Of a stretch of 64,000 nucleotides of DNA, positions 40,144 through 49,771 are shown piece by piece. The stretch is from Rikenellaceae bacterium (GTDB lineage: Bacteria > Bacteroidota > Bacteroidia > Bacteroidales > Rikenellaceae): NCBI GenBank assembly GCA_017415005.1, contig JAFQJK010000015.1:40084-104083 (forward strand), written 5' to 3'. The translations under genes were made by a program, and so were the position numbers. How positions within the stretch are numbered: the first letter of the stretch is position 1; every line of letters starts with the position of its first letter. The notes beneath the pieces were generated by a model. It made no database searches, was not told the origin of the DNA, and saw only the letters and a list, made by a program, of their open reading frames with translations.

Positions 40144-40186
40144 ACGTCCCGAATCGCAGGTTATTTGTGCTAATCGGGACGTTTTT
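40144..40186 (+). terminator. orphan plus-strand terminator-like hairpin
   Basis: 9-bp stem acgtcccga (40144-40152) pairs with tcgggacgt (40174-40182), running into ttttt (40182-40186). There is no convincing plus-strand gene upstream of it. Confidence 0.4.
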
Positions 40187-40229
40187 CCGTAAAGTAATGC
40201 CGGAAAAGGTAGGTTTGCGAATAATTGAT

Positions 40230-40237
40230 TACTTTTG
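40230..40237 (+). promoter_or_regulatory. candidate -7 box (TACTTTTG) for the TonB-dependent receptor operon
   Basis: Exact TAnnTTTG match 44 nt upstream of the ATG at 40281. Confidence 0.45.
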
Positions 40238-40280
40238 TCATAGACTCCTGAACGCAGGCCCTGATCACTCAAACGCATCC

Positions 40281-42662
40281 ATGAAGAAATCCATACTCCT
40301 TTGCGCCAGCTTGTTGTGCTTCGGCGCAGCCACGGCCCAGAAGCACAATGTCTCGGGCGATATCGACTCGGCGGCCACCTACTCGGTCGGGCTCGACGAA
40401 GTGAAGGTGCTCGCCTCGTACGGGCACTCCCAGGGCCATGAGCCGGTCGTGCTGTCGACCGTCGGGTCGGGCCAGATCGCCACGAAGCTCAGCAACCAGG
40501 AGTTTCCCGAGATACTCAAGTCGACCCCGTCGGTCTATGCCACCAAGCAGGGTGGCGGTTTCGGAGACTCGCGCCTCGTGTTGCGCGGTTTCGGGTCGGA
40601 GAACATCGCGCTGCTGATCAACGGAGTCCCGATGAACGGCATGGAGAACGGCAGCATCTACTGGTCGAACTGGGCCGGCCTGGCCGATGTCACGAACAGC
40701 ATCCAGGTGCAGCGCGGCGTGGGCCTCTCGAAGCTGGGCCTCTTCTCGGTGGGCGGAACGGTCAACATCATCACCCGCAGCGCCGACCTGGCGCGGCAGG
40801 GAACGGTCTACTACGGCATCGGCAACGATGGCTACCGGAAGGCGGGATTCGTCGTCTCGTCGGGCATGACGCCCAAGGGCTGGGCCTTCACGATCATGGG
40901 GACCCGCACGGCGGGCGACGGCTATGTGAACGGCACCAACTTCGAGGCATGGGGCTACTTTGCCAACATATCGAAGAAGATCGGTACCCGCCACCTGCTC
41001 TCGCTCACGGCCTTCGGCGCCCCGCAGTGGCACAACCGGCGCAGCAACAGGCAACTGATCGAGGACTACGAGAGCAACCGGGACGGCATCCGGATGAACA
41101 CGGCCTACGGCTATATCAACGGCAAGGTGGTCGGTACCTACTCGGGCTATAACGAGTACCACAAGCCACAGATCTCGCTCAACCACTTCTGGTCGATCAC
41201 GGGCCGGTCGAACCTCTCGACCGTGGCTTACGTGTCGAACGCCAAGGGAGGCGGGCGCAAGGTCTATGGCAAGGATGCCAACCGCCTGCAATACAACTAT
41301 AAGACAGGGCGGCCGAATCCCAACTCGTCGCTCACGCCCGACGGGCTGATCGACTACGGACCGGTGATGGAGGACAACCGTAACTCGGACCACGGCTCGG
41401 ACGCCATCTTCACGATGGGGACCAATGCGCACGACTGGTACGGGCTGCTCTCGTCGTATGTCAACGAGTTCACCGAGCGGATAAAGCTGACGGTCGGTAT
41501 CGATACGCGCTACTATAAGGGCTACCACTACGACGAGATCTCCGACCTGCTCGGGGGCGCCTATTACAAGGACAACAAGCTGGCATGGCGCGATCCGGAT
41601 GCCGAGCTGCACGTGGGCGACCGCGTGAGCCAGGACTACGAGAGCAAGATACTCTGGGCCGGCGGCTTCGCGCAGGCCGAATACAAGACCGACCGTTACA
41701 AGGCGTTCATTTCGGCCTCGGTGACGAGCCACTCGTACAGGCGCCGCGACCCGGGCCGCTACGGCGCGTTCGGCGACCAGGATAAGTATCCCGCCTCGCA
41801 GGTGCAGACCCGCTGGCGCAATTTCGTCCCATTCAGCGTGAAGGGGGGCTTCAACTACCGCTTCGGGGGTATGCACAACGTCTTTGTCAACGGCGGGTAC
41901 GTGACCCGGGCCCCGATGATGGACAATATCTACGTCGACAATACGCCGATCTCGGACCCCGTGACCGAGAAGATCGGGACTGCCGAGATCGGATACAGCC
42001 TCAATTCGGACAAGGTGCACCTGACGCTCAACGCCTACTGGACCAAGTGGATGGACAAGAGCGTGACCAAGGCGATCGGGGCATGGAACGGCCCGAAGGC
42101 CTGCATCCCCGATATCGACGCCCGGCACGAGGGTGTCGAGCTGGAGGTGAGCTATATGCCGGTGCCCATCCTGCGCCTGTACGGCTTCTTCACGATCGGC
42201 AACTGGCGCTGGACCAATGATGTCAGCTATACGCTGCTCGATGCCGACCGCAACAAGGTCGGCGAGTATCACGCCTACATCAAGGGCCTGCATGTGGGCA
42301 ATGCGCCGCAGACCAGCGCGATGCTCGGCGTGAGCTGGATGCCGATGCGCAAGCTGACGGTCGGGGCCGACTGGAACTACTATGCGCGCCACTATGCCGA
42401 CTTCGCGGCGGCCGACCGCAACGATCCCGACGACCGGGCCGATGCCTGGAAATTGCCAGATTATTCTACCTTTGACCTGAACCTCAGCTACGGCTTCAAA
42501 ATGGGATCGCTCGAAGCGCAGCTGATCGGGAATGTGAACAACGTATTCAATACCAAGTATATATCGGATGCCCAGGACGGCGCCGACCACCTGCGCGAGA
42601 GCGCCATGGTGTGGTATGGCTTCGGGACCACCTGGACAGCCGGGCTGAAAATCCTGTTTTAA
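40281..42662 (+). CDS. TonB-dependent outer-membrane receptor
   Basis: Trimmed to the ATG at 40281 (signal MKKSILLCASLLCFGAATAQ). Plug-domain motifs (DSRLVLRGFG, IQVQRG), a long beta-barrel and a C-terminal aromatic residue (TAGLKILF). Confidence 0.93.
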   Translation: MKKSILLCASLLCFGAATAQKHNVSGDIDSAATYSVGLDEVKVLASYGHSQGHEPVVLSTVGSGQIATKLSNQEFPEILKSTPSVYATKQGGGFGDSRLVLRGFGSENIALLINGVPMNGMENGSIYWSNWAGLADVTNSIQVQRGVGLSKLGLFSVGGTVNIITRSADLARQGTVYYGIGNDGYRKAGFVVSSGMTPKGWAFTIMGTRTAGDGYVNGTNFEAWGYFANISKKIGTRHLLSLTAFGAPQWHNRRSNRQLIEDYESNRDGIRMNTAYGYINGKVVGTYSGYNEYHKPQISLNHFWSITGRSNLSTVAYVSNAKGGGRKVYGKDANRLQYNYKTGRPNPNSSLTPDGLIDYGPVMEDNRNSDHGSDAIFTMGTNAHDWYGLLSSYVNEFTERIKLTVGIDTRYYKGYHYDEISDLLGGAYYKDNKLAWRDPDAELHVGDRVSQDYESKILWAGGFAQAEYKTDRYKAFISASVTSHSYRRRDPGRYGAFGDQDKYPASQVQTRWRNFVPFSVKGGFNYRFGGMHNVFVNGGYVTRAPMMDNIYVDNTPISDPVTEKIGTAEIGYSLNSDKVHLTLNAYWTKWMDKSVTKAIGAWNGPKACIPDIDARHEGVELEVSYMPVPILRLYGFFTIGNWRWTNDVSYTLLDADRNKVGEYHAYIKGLHVGNAPQTSAMLGVSWMPMRKLTVGADWNYYARHYADFAAADRNDPDDRADAWKLPDYSTFDLNLSYGFKMGSLEAQLIGNVNNVFNTKYISDAQDGADHLRESAMVWYGFGTTWTAGLKILF

Positions 42663-42674
42663 CCTTGCGCGCCT

Positions 42675-44618
42675 ATGACCGGCCGGACCGCCCATAAACC
42701 GATCTTTGCCATGCTCGCAGCGGTAATGCTGCTGGCGGGGATGGCGCTGCCCGTGCCGCTCCGGGCCGGCGGCGGGGAGCATCCGGGAGCCGACAAGGTG
42801 CTGATCATCGCCTCGTACAATCCCGACACGCGGCGCATGGCGAGCTTCATATCCGAGTTTGCCCAGAAGATAGCCGCCGAGAAGCTGCCCTACGAGGTGC
42901 TGATCGAGGATATGGGATGCAAGGGGCTGTCGGAGGCTCCCGCCTGGACGGCGCGCATGGGCGAGGTGCTGTCCCGCTACGACAAGAAGCGCCTCAAGGC
43001 GGTCATCCTGCTCGGGCAGGAGGCCTGGGCCTCGTTCCTCGCGCAGCCCGACTTCCCGGCCGATGTCCCTTTCTTCGGCGGCTATGCGAGCGTCAGCGGC
43101 GTGATGCTGCCCGACAGCCGGAACGGCTTCCACACACGGGACTGGACGCCCGAGACCATTGACATGGAGGCGCTCGCGGACAGCCTCGGCCGGGGCGGCG
43201 GATATCTCAACGAATATGACATCGACCGCAATATCGAGCTGATCCGATCGCTCTATCCCGATGTGCGGCATATCGCCTTCGTCACGGACAACACATACGG
43301 CGGTATCTCGCTGCAGGCGCTGGCGCGCGAGCGCATGAGGGACTATCCCGACCTCAACCTGATCCTGATCGACAGCCGCGACGGTGAGGAGCAGGCGTCG
43401 GCCCGCATCGCGGGACTGCCGCCCAACTCGGTGCTGCTGATCGGTACGTGGCGCGTCGGGCGCGAGGGACAGTACCTGCTGTTCAGCTCGATCGGTAACC
43501 TGGTGTCGGCCAATCCCACCCTGCCGGTCTTCACGGTTTCGGGCTCGGGCATCGGGAGCGTCGCCATCGGAGGCTACATTCCGCAGTACCGGAGCGGGGC
43601 GGCCGAGATCGCCCGGCAGATCGCCGACTATTACGAGGGGGATACCGGCGCGGTACGCTTTATCCCCACGGCGGGCGAGTACCAGTTCGACCGGCGCAAG
43701 CTCAAGGAGTTCGGCATTGCCGACTACAAGCTCCCCACGGGCAGCGTGGTGATCGACAGCATGGAGGCCCAGTTGCAGAAGTACCGCTACTATGTGGTGG
43801 TGTTCGGCGTGGCGTTCGTCCTGCTGGCCGGTATCCTCATCGTGGTCTTCTACTTCTATTTCCGCAATAAGCGCCTGAAGATAGCGCTCGAGCGGCGGGA
43901 GAAGGAGTTGATCGTCGCCAAGGAGAAAGCCGAGGAGTCGGACCACCTCAAAAGCGCCTTCCTGGCCAATATGAGCCACGAGATCCGTACGCCGCTCAAC
44001 GCGATCGTCGGGTTCTCGACGCTGCTCGGCGAGGATGCGCTGTCGGCTGAGGAGCGTGCCGAGTACAACTCGATCATCTCGAAGAACTCGGAGCTGATGC
44101 TTACGCTGATCAACGACATTCTCGATTTCTCGCGCCTGGAGACGGGCCGCATCAGCTTCGTGTATGAGCAGGCCGACGTTTACCTGTTGTGCCAGCAGGC
44201 GCTGCTCACCACCGGGCAGAACCTCAAACCCGGCGTCGGGTTCGATTTCCGTCCCGCCAGGCCGAGCTACCTGCTCGAGACCGACGTGCAGCGTCTCTCG
44301 CAGGTGCTGATCAACCTGCTGACCAATGCCTGCAAGTTTACCGAACAGGGCAGTATCACGCTGGCGTTCGAGGTGCAGGAAGAGCGTAACCGGGTTGTTT
44401 TCTCGGTGGCCGATACGGGCTGCGGCATCCCGCACGAGCAGCAGGCCAAGGTGTTCAACCGGTTTGAGAAGCTTAACGAGTTCAAGCAGGGAACGGGCCT
44501 CGGGCTGGCCATCTGCCGGCAGATCGTGCTGAAGTTCGGGGGCGAGATATGGATCGATCCGGACTATACGACCGGTGCCCGCTTCGCCTTCTCGCATCCT
44601 ATCCGGCGCGGGGAGTAG
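42675..44618 (+). CDS. sensor histidine kinase with a large periplasmic (solute-binding-protein-like) domain and no receiver
   Basis: 647 aa. TM1 IFAMLAAVMLLAGMAL, a periplasmic region of about 330 aa (VLIIASYNPDTRRM), TM2 YYVVVFGVAFVLLAGILIVVFYFYF, the H-box SHEIRTPLNAIVGFS and an HATPase_c domain (DTGCGIP, GTGLGLAICR). Confidence 0.9.
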   Translation: MTGRTAHKPIFAMLAAVMLLAGMALPVPLRAGGGEHPGADKVLIIASYNPDTRRMASFISEFAQKIAAEKLPYEVLIEDMGCKGLSEAPAWTARMGEVLSRYDKKRLKAVILLGQEAWASFLAQPDFPADVPFFGGYASVSGVMLPDSRNGFHTRDWTPETIDMEALADSLGRGGGYLNEYDIDRNIELIRSLYPDVRHIAFVTDNTYGGISLQALARERMRDYPDLNLILIDSRDGEEQASARIAGLPPNSVLLIGTWRVGREGQYLLFSSIGNLVSANPTLPVFTVSGSGIGSVAIGGYIPQYRSGAAEIARQIADYYEGDTGAVRFIPTAGEYQFDRRKLKEFGIADYKLPTGSVVIDSMEAQLQKYRYYVVVFGVAFVLLAGILIVVFYFYFRNKRLKIALERREKELIVAKEKAEESDHLKSAFLANMSHEIRTPLNAIVGFSTLLGEDALSAEERAEYNSIISKNSELMLTLINDILDFSRLETGRISFVYEQADVYLLCQQALLTTGQNLKPGVGFDFRPARPSYLLETDVQRLSQVLINLLTNACKFTEQGSITLAFEVQEERNRVVFSVADTGCGIPHEQQAKVFNRFEKLNEFKQGTGLGLAICRQIVLKFGGEIWIDPDYTTGARFAFSHPIRRGE

Positions 44619-44984
44619 TTTCCGGCCGGAGGAGGGCTGGCCGGGACGTGCGGGGCCAGGCCTGCGGCGGGTTGTCCGACCGGCGGCGTGAGACCGGGAG
44701 GTACGGCCGGAGGGCGGGAACGCTCGGATCGCGGAGATGAGAATTTAGCAACTGACGTACGGCCCATGCACGGAATCCGGGGTGTTTGCTGATGCCCGGG
44801 ACGGACGGTGCCGCGGATGCGGGCGTGCGGGAGGCCGGAGAGGCGACTGCCCTGTCCCGGAAAGGCCGGTTCGCGTCCTGAAATGCGGCGCCCGGACGAG
44901 AATTGCAGGCTCGCGTGCCGGAATTGTAAATATAATGTTTACCTTCATGGTGTGATTTAAGCCGGCCTGCTTGTCCCGGCATGG

Positions 44985-45734
44985 ATGTGCGACATGAAAA
45001 ATTTCGGTATACTCGCTTCGTTGCCGGCGGCGGTCCAGGACCTCCCTCCCGATATGATGGACCCGGGGCTGGACGCGCCCGGTGTGATCTCCGGCGTGCC
45101 GGCGGCCCTGTTCTGGTCGGCGGCCGTCGTGGCCGTGGCCTTTGCGATCGGTGCCGTATGGGTTTTCCGCCATATGCGGCGGCGCATGGCGGCCCCCGAT
45201 CCGGAGGCTCAGGCGCAGGCGCCGAAGGGGAGAGCTGTCGAGCAGCAGGGAGCGCCGGCCGCGCCGGGTCCCGAGGTCCCGCCGGCGGGACCGGTGGGGG
45301 CGCCGGATGCCGGTCCGTCCCGTGTGCCGGAGGTTGCTACGGGCCCTGAAGCGGTGCTGCCGCCGGTCGTGGCGCGGGGGCGTGCCAGGGTGCTGGTGGC
45401 CGAGGATATCGCGAGCAATTTCATGCTGTTCGAGACGGTGCTCCGCGATACGTACGACGTGTTGCATGCCTGGAACGGGCGTGAGGCGGTCGATCTGTTC
45501 CGCGAGCAGCGGCCCGATGTCGTCCTGATGGATATCAATATGCCCGTGCTCGATGGCTACGGGGCTACGCGCGAGATCAGGATGCTGTCGGCCAGCGTGC
45601 CGATCATCGCCGTGACGGCGTATGTCTATGCCGAGGACAAGCGCAGGATACTCGAGAGCGGGTTCAACGCCTACATTTCCAAGCCGGTCACCCCGCAGGC
45701 GCTCCGCCGGCAGGTGGCCGAGGCGCTGGGGTAG
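44985..45734 (+). CDS. receiver-only response regulator with an N-terminal TM helix and a Pro/Ala-rich linker
   Basis: 249 aa (alternative start at 44994). Hydrophobic helix ALFWSAAVVAVAFAIGAVWVF followed by RHMRRRM, then about 70 aa of Pro/Ala-rich linker. The REC domain follows (VLVAEDIASN, phospho-acceptor VVLMDINMP, ISKP), and no output domain is present. Confidence 0.8.
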   Translation: MCDMKNFGILASLPAAVQDLPPDMMDPGLDAPGVISGVPAALFWSAAVVAVAFAIGAVWVFRHMRRRMAAPDPEAQAQAPKGRAVEQQGAPAAPGPEVPPAGPVGAPDAGPSRVPEVATGPEAVLPPVVARGRARVLVAEDIASNFMLFETVLRDTYDVLHAWNGREAVDLFREQRPDVVLMDINMPVLDGYGATREIRMLSASVPIIAVTAYVYAEDKRRILESGFNAYISKPVTPQALRRQVAEALG

Positions 45735-46033
45735 CTGCCCGGGTGCCGCGGCGGGGAGGCGGAGACCCCGGGCGGACACGATTTCCCGGTGCTGCCGGCC
45801 CGTCCCCGGTGTCCGGGCGGATAACGGGACCGCTTTGTGTCGCATCCTGATGCCGGCCGGTCCCGCGGTTTGCCCGTCCCGCCCGGCATGCAGTGATAAA
45901 AAACGTACTTTTATGGTGGATTCTGCTTCCGTGCGTTCCGGATCACGTCCAAATTACGTATACTTGCCTGTGCCGATCGCCGGGCCGCGCGGGATGCAGG
46001 GCTACGGCAGTTTGCCGCAACATCATGCCTGTC

Positions 46034-48898
46034 ATGGATAATTACGATAAATACTCCCGCGAAGAGCTGGTCCGGATGGTCCGGGAACTGAAAGCCCGCA
46101 ACGAGGCGCCTGAGAGCGGAGCCGGTACGGGCGGCGCGGACAACCTGCGGTTCAAGGAAAGGTATGCGCTCCGCATCCTCGACTCGCTGCCCGATATGCT
46201 GACCGTACTCGACCACGACGGCCATCTGGTCGAGCTCGTCTCGTCGGAGGAGACCAATCACGTGGGCGAGCCGAGCGACCGGCTGATCGGGCGCGACATC
46301 TGCTCGATGCTGACCCCGGAGGCTTATCACAGCGTCAAGGCCAACCTCGACCGTGTGGCGGCGACCCGGCAAGGGTCGACCTCGCACCATGACATTACCC
46401 TCGACGAGTGTACGCGTCACTACGAGAACCGGATCTTCCCGCTGGACGAGCGCTATGCGCTGTGCATGTGCCGCGACGTGACCGAGGAGATCAGGGCCAA
46501 GGAGGAGCTCGAGCAGGCCAACCGCCGCATGACGATGGCCGAGGAGATGGCATCGCTCTGCCATTGGTATTACTATGAGGAGACCGACGAGCTCGATGCC
46601 CCGCAACTGATCGCGCTCATCACGGGTCGCGCCGACAGCAGTCGGGTCGGCCGCTTCCCGAGCTCGGTGTTCATGCCCCACGTTCACCCGGCCGACCAGG
46701 ATAAGCTGGTGTGGCAGCTGGGCAGCGGTTCCGAGGCGGATAACTATGTCGAGTACCGTATCCGGGCGAAAGGACGGACCCGTTATTTCCACAGCCGGAT
46801 CATCCACGTGCGCGAGGAGCGCGGGTATCGCGTGGTCGAAGGCTATGCGCAGGATATGACCTATGTGGTCAAACGCCTGCACGAGCTCGAAGCGGTCAAG
46901 TACGCGCTCAACAATGCGGTCGAGGAGATCTATGCCTGCCGGCTCGACGGTACGCTCGAATTTGCCAGCCAGGCGTTCGTCGAGCGGCACGGACTGACCG
47001 GCGAGGTCGGCTCGTACCGGATATACGACCTCGAGGGGGCGGCGTTCGATGAGCGGCAGTGGAGGAACCGGGTGGCCGAGCTGCGCGGCAACGAGGGATC
47101 GGACAAGTACATCGCCAAGCTCAAGGGCGGCAACGGCGAGCGACTGACCTACGAGATCATCAACTATATCGTGTACGACGAAGCCAAGGAGTGCGAGCTT
47201 GTCTGGGCATTCGTCCGCGATATCTCGCTGCGCGTGGCGCACGAGAACCGGATACGCGAACTCAATTACGTCATGGACGCCATACTGAACAATATTCCGG
47301 TCTACCTGTTCGTCAAGGATCCAAGTAACGAATTCCGTTACCTGTACTGGAACAAGGCTTTCGAGGAGCACTCGCGCATCCCGGCTTCCGTGGCGCTCGG
47401 CCGCACCGATTTCGAGATATTTCCCAGCATCAGGGATGCCGAAAAGTTCCGCAAGGACGACCTCGCGCTGCTGCGTACGGGCGAGCGGGTCGAGTTTATC
47501 GAGGAGTATATGGCAGCCAACGGGCAGAAGCGCGTGGTCTCGACCTCCAAGGCGCTCGTCCCGGCCGAGAACAAGCTGCCGCTCATTATTGGTGTCTCGT
47601 GGGATATCACCGACATGAAGCGGGCCGAGCAGGAGCTGATCGCCGCCCGGATCAAGGCCGAGGTCTCGGATAAGCTCAAGTCGGCTTTCCTGGCCAATAT
47701 GAGCCATGAGATACGCACGCCGCTCAATGCGATCGTCGGGTTCTCGCGCATGGTCGCCTCGGCCGAGACCGACGAGGAGAAGCAGCAGTATACCGAGATC
47801 ATCGACAGCAATGCGGAGCTGCTGCTGCAACTGATCAACGATATCCTCGACCTGTCGAAGATCGAGGCGGGGACGCTCGACTTCAACTTCCAGCCGATGG
47901 ACCTGGTCGAGCTTTGCCGCGAGGAGTATGAGATACACAAAAGCCGGATGCGCGACGGTGTCGCGCTGGTCTTCGACCGCAAGTACGAGCAGGCGCGCGT
48001 GGTGAGCGACCACAACCGGCTGGCGCAGGTGATCACCAACCTGCTGAGCAATGCCATCAAGTTCACCAGCCAGGGCGAGATACGCTTCGGGTTCGATATC
48101 CGGAGCAATATGGCCGAGTTCTATGTCTCGGACACCGGATCGGGCATCCCGGCCGACAAGCTGCCGACGATCTTCGACCGGTTCATCAAACTCGACAGCT
48201 CGGCGGCCGGGACAGGGCTGGGGCTGGCGATCTCGAAAACGATCGTCGAGAAGATGGGCGGCACGATCAGCGCAGAGTCGCGCGAAGGCGAGGGAGCCAC
48301 GTTCCGCTTCACCGTGCCGCTCCGATGCGGGCAGGAGGCGGTCATTGCCTCCGGGCAACCCGTGGCAGCCCCTCAGGCTCCCGGGCACGAGGCTGCCATC
48401 CCTGCGGGAGGGCCTGCACCGGCAACGCTGCTCATCGCCGAGGATATAGACAGCAACTACATGCTGATGAAGGCCTTTCTCGGGAAGCGCTACCGGCTTG
48501 TGCGGGCTCATAACGGACAGGAGGCCGTGGAGCTCTTCGGCGCCGAGCGGCCCGACCTGGTGTTCATGGACATCAAGATGCCGATCATGGATGGCTATGA
48601 GGCGACGCGCCGGATCCGCCGGTTGTCGGCCGACGTGCCGATCATCGCCATCACGGCCTTTGCATTCGAGAGCGACCGCGAGAAGGTGCTGGCCGCCGGG
48701 TGCACCGACTACCTGACCAAGCCGCTGTCGCAGCAGATGCTGAACCAGAAAATAGCGCAGTATCTCCCGGTTCAAGAGTGCGGGATACCGTCCGGCCGGG
48801 CAGGGGAGGGGCATGCCGGCGTGGATCGGGGAGACCGGCCCGGGCAGGATGATCGCGGGGCGGTCGGGAGTGAAAGAATGCTGCGGCAGATGCCGTGA
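46034..48898 (+). CDS. cytoplasmic multi-PAS hybrid sensor histidine kinase/response regulator
   Basis: Trimmed to the ATG at 46034 (MDNYDKYSREELV). Several PAS-like modules, the H-box SHEIRTPLNAIVGFS, HATPase_c (DTGSGIP, GTGLGLAISK) and a C-terminal REC (LLIAEDIDSN, LVFMDIKMP, LTKP). The last 40 or so codons run into a repeat element. Confidence 0.9.
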   Translation: MDNYDKYSREELVRMVRELKARNEAPESGAGTGGADNLRFKERYALRILDSLPDMLTVLDHDGHLVELVSSEETNHVGEPSDRLIGRDICSMLTPEAYHSVKANLDRVAATRQGSTSHHDITLDECTRHYENRIFPLDERYALCMCRDVTEEIRAKEELEQANRRMTMAEEMASLCHWYYYEETDELDAPQLIALITGRADSSRVGRFPSSVFMPHVHPADQDKLVWQLGSGSEADNYVEYRIRAKGRTRYFHSRIIHVREERGYRVVEGYAQDMTYVVKRLHELEAVKYALNNAVEEIYACRLDGTLEFASQAFVERHGLTGEVGSYRIYDLEGAAFDERQWRNRVAELRGNEGSDKYIAKLKGGNGERLTYEIINYIVYDEAKECELVWAFVRDISLRVAHENRIRELNYVMDAILNNIPVYLFVKDPSNEFRYLYWNKAFEEHSRIPASVALGRTDFEIFPSIRDAEKFRKDDLALLRTGERVEFIEEYMAANGQKRVVSTSKALVPAENKLPLIIGVSWDITDMKRAEQELIAARIKAEVSDKLKSAFLANMSHEIRTPLNAIVGFSRMVASAETDEEKQQYTEIIDSNAELLLQLINDILDLSKIEAGTLDFNFQPMDLVELCREEYEIHKSRMRDGVALVFDRKYEQARVVSDHNRLAQVITNLLSNAIKFTSQGEIRFGFDIRSNMAEFYVSDTGSGIPADKLPTIFDRFIKLDSSAAGTGLGLAISKTIVEKMGGTISAESREGEGATFRFTVPLRCGQEAVIASGQPVAAPQAPGHEAAIPAGGPAPATLLIAEDIDSNYMLMKAFLGKRYRLVRAHNGQEAVELFGAERPDLVFMDIKMPIMDGYEATRRIRRLSADVPIIAITAFAFESDREKVLAAGCTDYLTKPLSQQMLNQKIAQYLPVQECGIPSGRAGEGHAGVDRGDRPGQDDRGAVGSERMLRQMP
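48768..48873. repeat. direct repeat, copy 1 (106 nt)
   Basis: It aligns with 49772-49878 with 8 substitutions and 1 indel by eye. The central stretch cggccgggcaggggaggggcatgccggcgtggatcggggagacc is identical in both copies. Confidence 0.92.
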
Positions 48899-49389
48899 AA
48901 CAGGCCTGGAAGCACCCTGTCGCGGGACCGCCGGCGGGCGCTGCGAGGGCTGCCCCCGACGGGGCTGCCTGCGGCACCCGGCCCTTGTCGGGGATCGGCT
49001 GTGTGGCAGTTGGCCGGGTAGGCGCAGCCTGCGGCGTTAGGCGGGTCTTTCGAACATGCCAGATGCCATGTTTGTGCGGTGCAGGTCGGAGACGGCGCCC
49101 GTTTTGCCGGATCGGAGTCCTTTGCGGCCGGCCGGTCGCTGCCGCATGGGCAGGTCTCGAGCGTATGTGTCGTACTATGTTTTGCCGGGGACCGGATGAG
49201 GTGACTCGTCCCGGCCGGGTGCGTGTCGGCTGGCATGGTAGCCGGACGGGCCGGTGCTGGCTGTGGCGACGGCCGGCCGGTTTTCGGATGGGGCCCGGGG
49301 TTCTGGCGTAAGCCGACGGACCGGGACGGGTCGCGTCCGGTGGAGACCGGGCCGGGTCTGTGCGGCCGGCGTCGGGTCGTTGGCGCGGC

Positions 49390-49644
49390 CTATGCCTGCC
49401 GGGCCCGGTCGAGCACGGTCGGGCTGCGGACCGTTACGCCGAGCTCGGCCGCTTTGGCCAGAATGCGGCGTGCCAGTTCCGCCTTTTTGTCTTCGGGGGC
49501 GTAGCGGAAATAGGCTTCGGCGGCCCGGACATGAGCGGCATCGGGCATCGGGAATTCGCGGGTCTCGGGGATTCCGAACGCGCTGTCGGGCAACTCGTGC
49601 CGCTCTGCGGCGTCGAGCCGGTCGTGGTGATCGTGCTGTGTCAT
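49390..49644 (-). CDS. small conserved-looking hypothetical protein (84 aa)
   Basis: Trimmed to the ATG at 49642-49644 (MTQHDHHDRLDAAERHELPDSAFGIPETREFPMPDAAHVRAAEAYF). It is the only protein-like frame between the two repeat copies. The LPDSAF...P.PD..HVR pattern resembles a DUF family of small proteins, from memory and unverified. Confidence 0.55.
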   Translation of the reverse strand: MTQHDHHDRLDAAERHELPDSAFGIPETREFPMPDAAHVRAAEAYFRYAPEDKKAELARRILAKAAELGVTVRSPTVLDRARQA

Positions 49645-49771
49645 GGCTTTGTGGTTTGGTATGGCGGGTAACTCTGCAAAATCTGCGCAAATGGCAGAGG
49701 CGCAGGCCGATTTTTGGCCGGTGGCGAGTTTGGCACGGTCTGGAGCGGCGTCACAGGTGGGGTTCGGTATG

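Noticed and set aside
39976-40173. A 65-aa plus-strand ORF between nrdD and the TonB receptor.
   Set aside because: It is Arg-rich with no hydrophobic core, runs through the terminator-like hairpin, and is not recognisable as any family.
40269-44597. A 1442-aa ORF on the minus strand spanning the TonB receptor and kinase genes.
   Set aside because: It is antisense to two genes with unmistakable family motifs. Its composition is Arg/Gly/His/Pro/Val-rich with no recognisable domains, which is typical of a shadow ORF in GC-rich DNA.
45911-48814. A 967-aa minus-strand ORF covering the PAS hybrid kinase.
   Set aside because: It is antisense to a gene with clear H-box, HATPase and REC motifs, and no motifs of its own are present.
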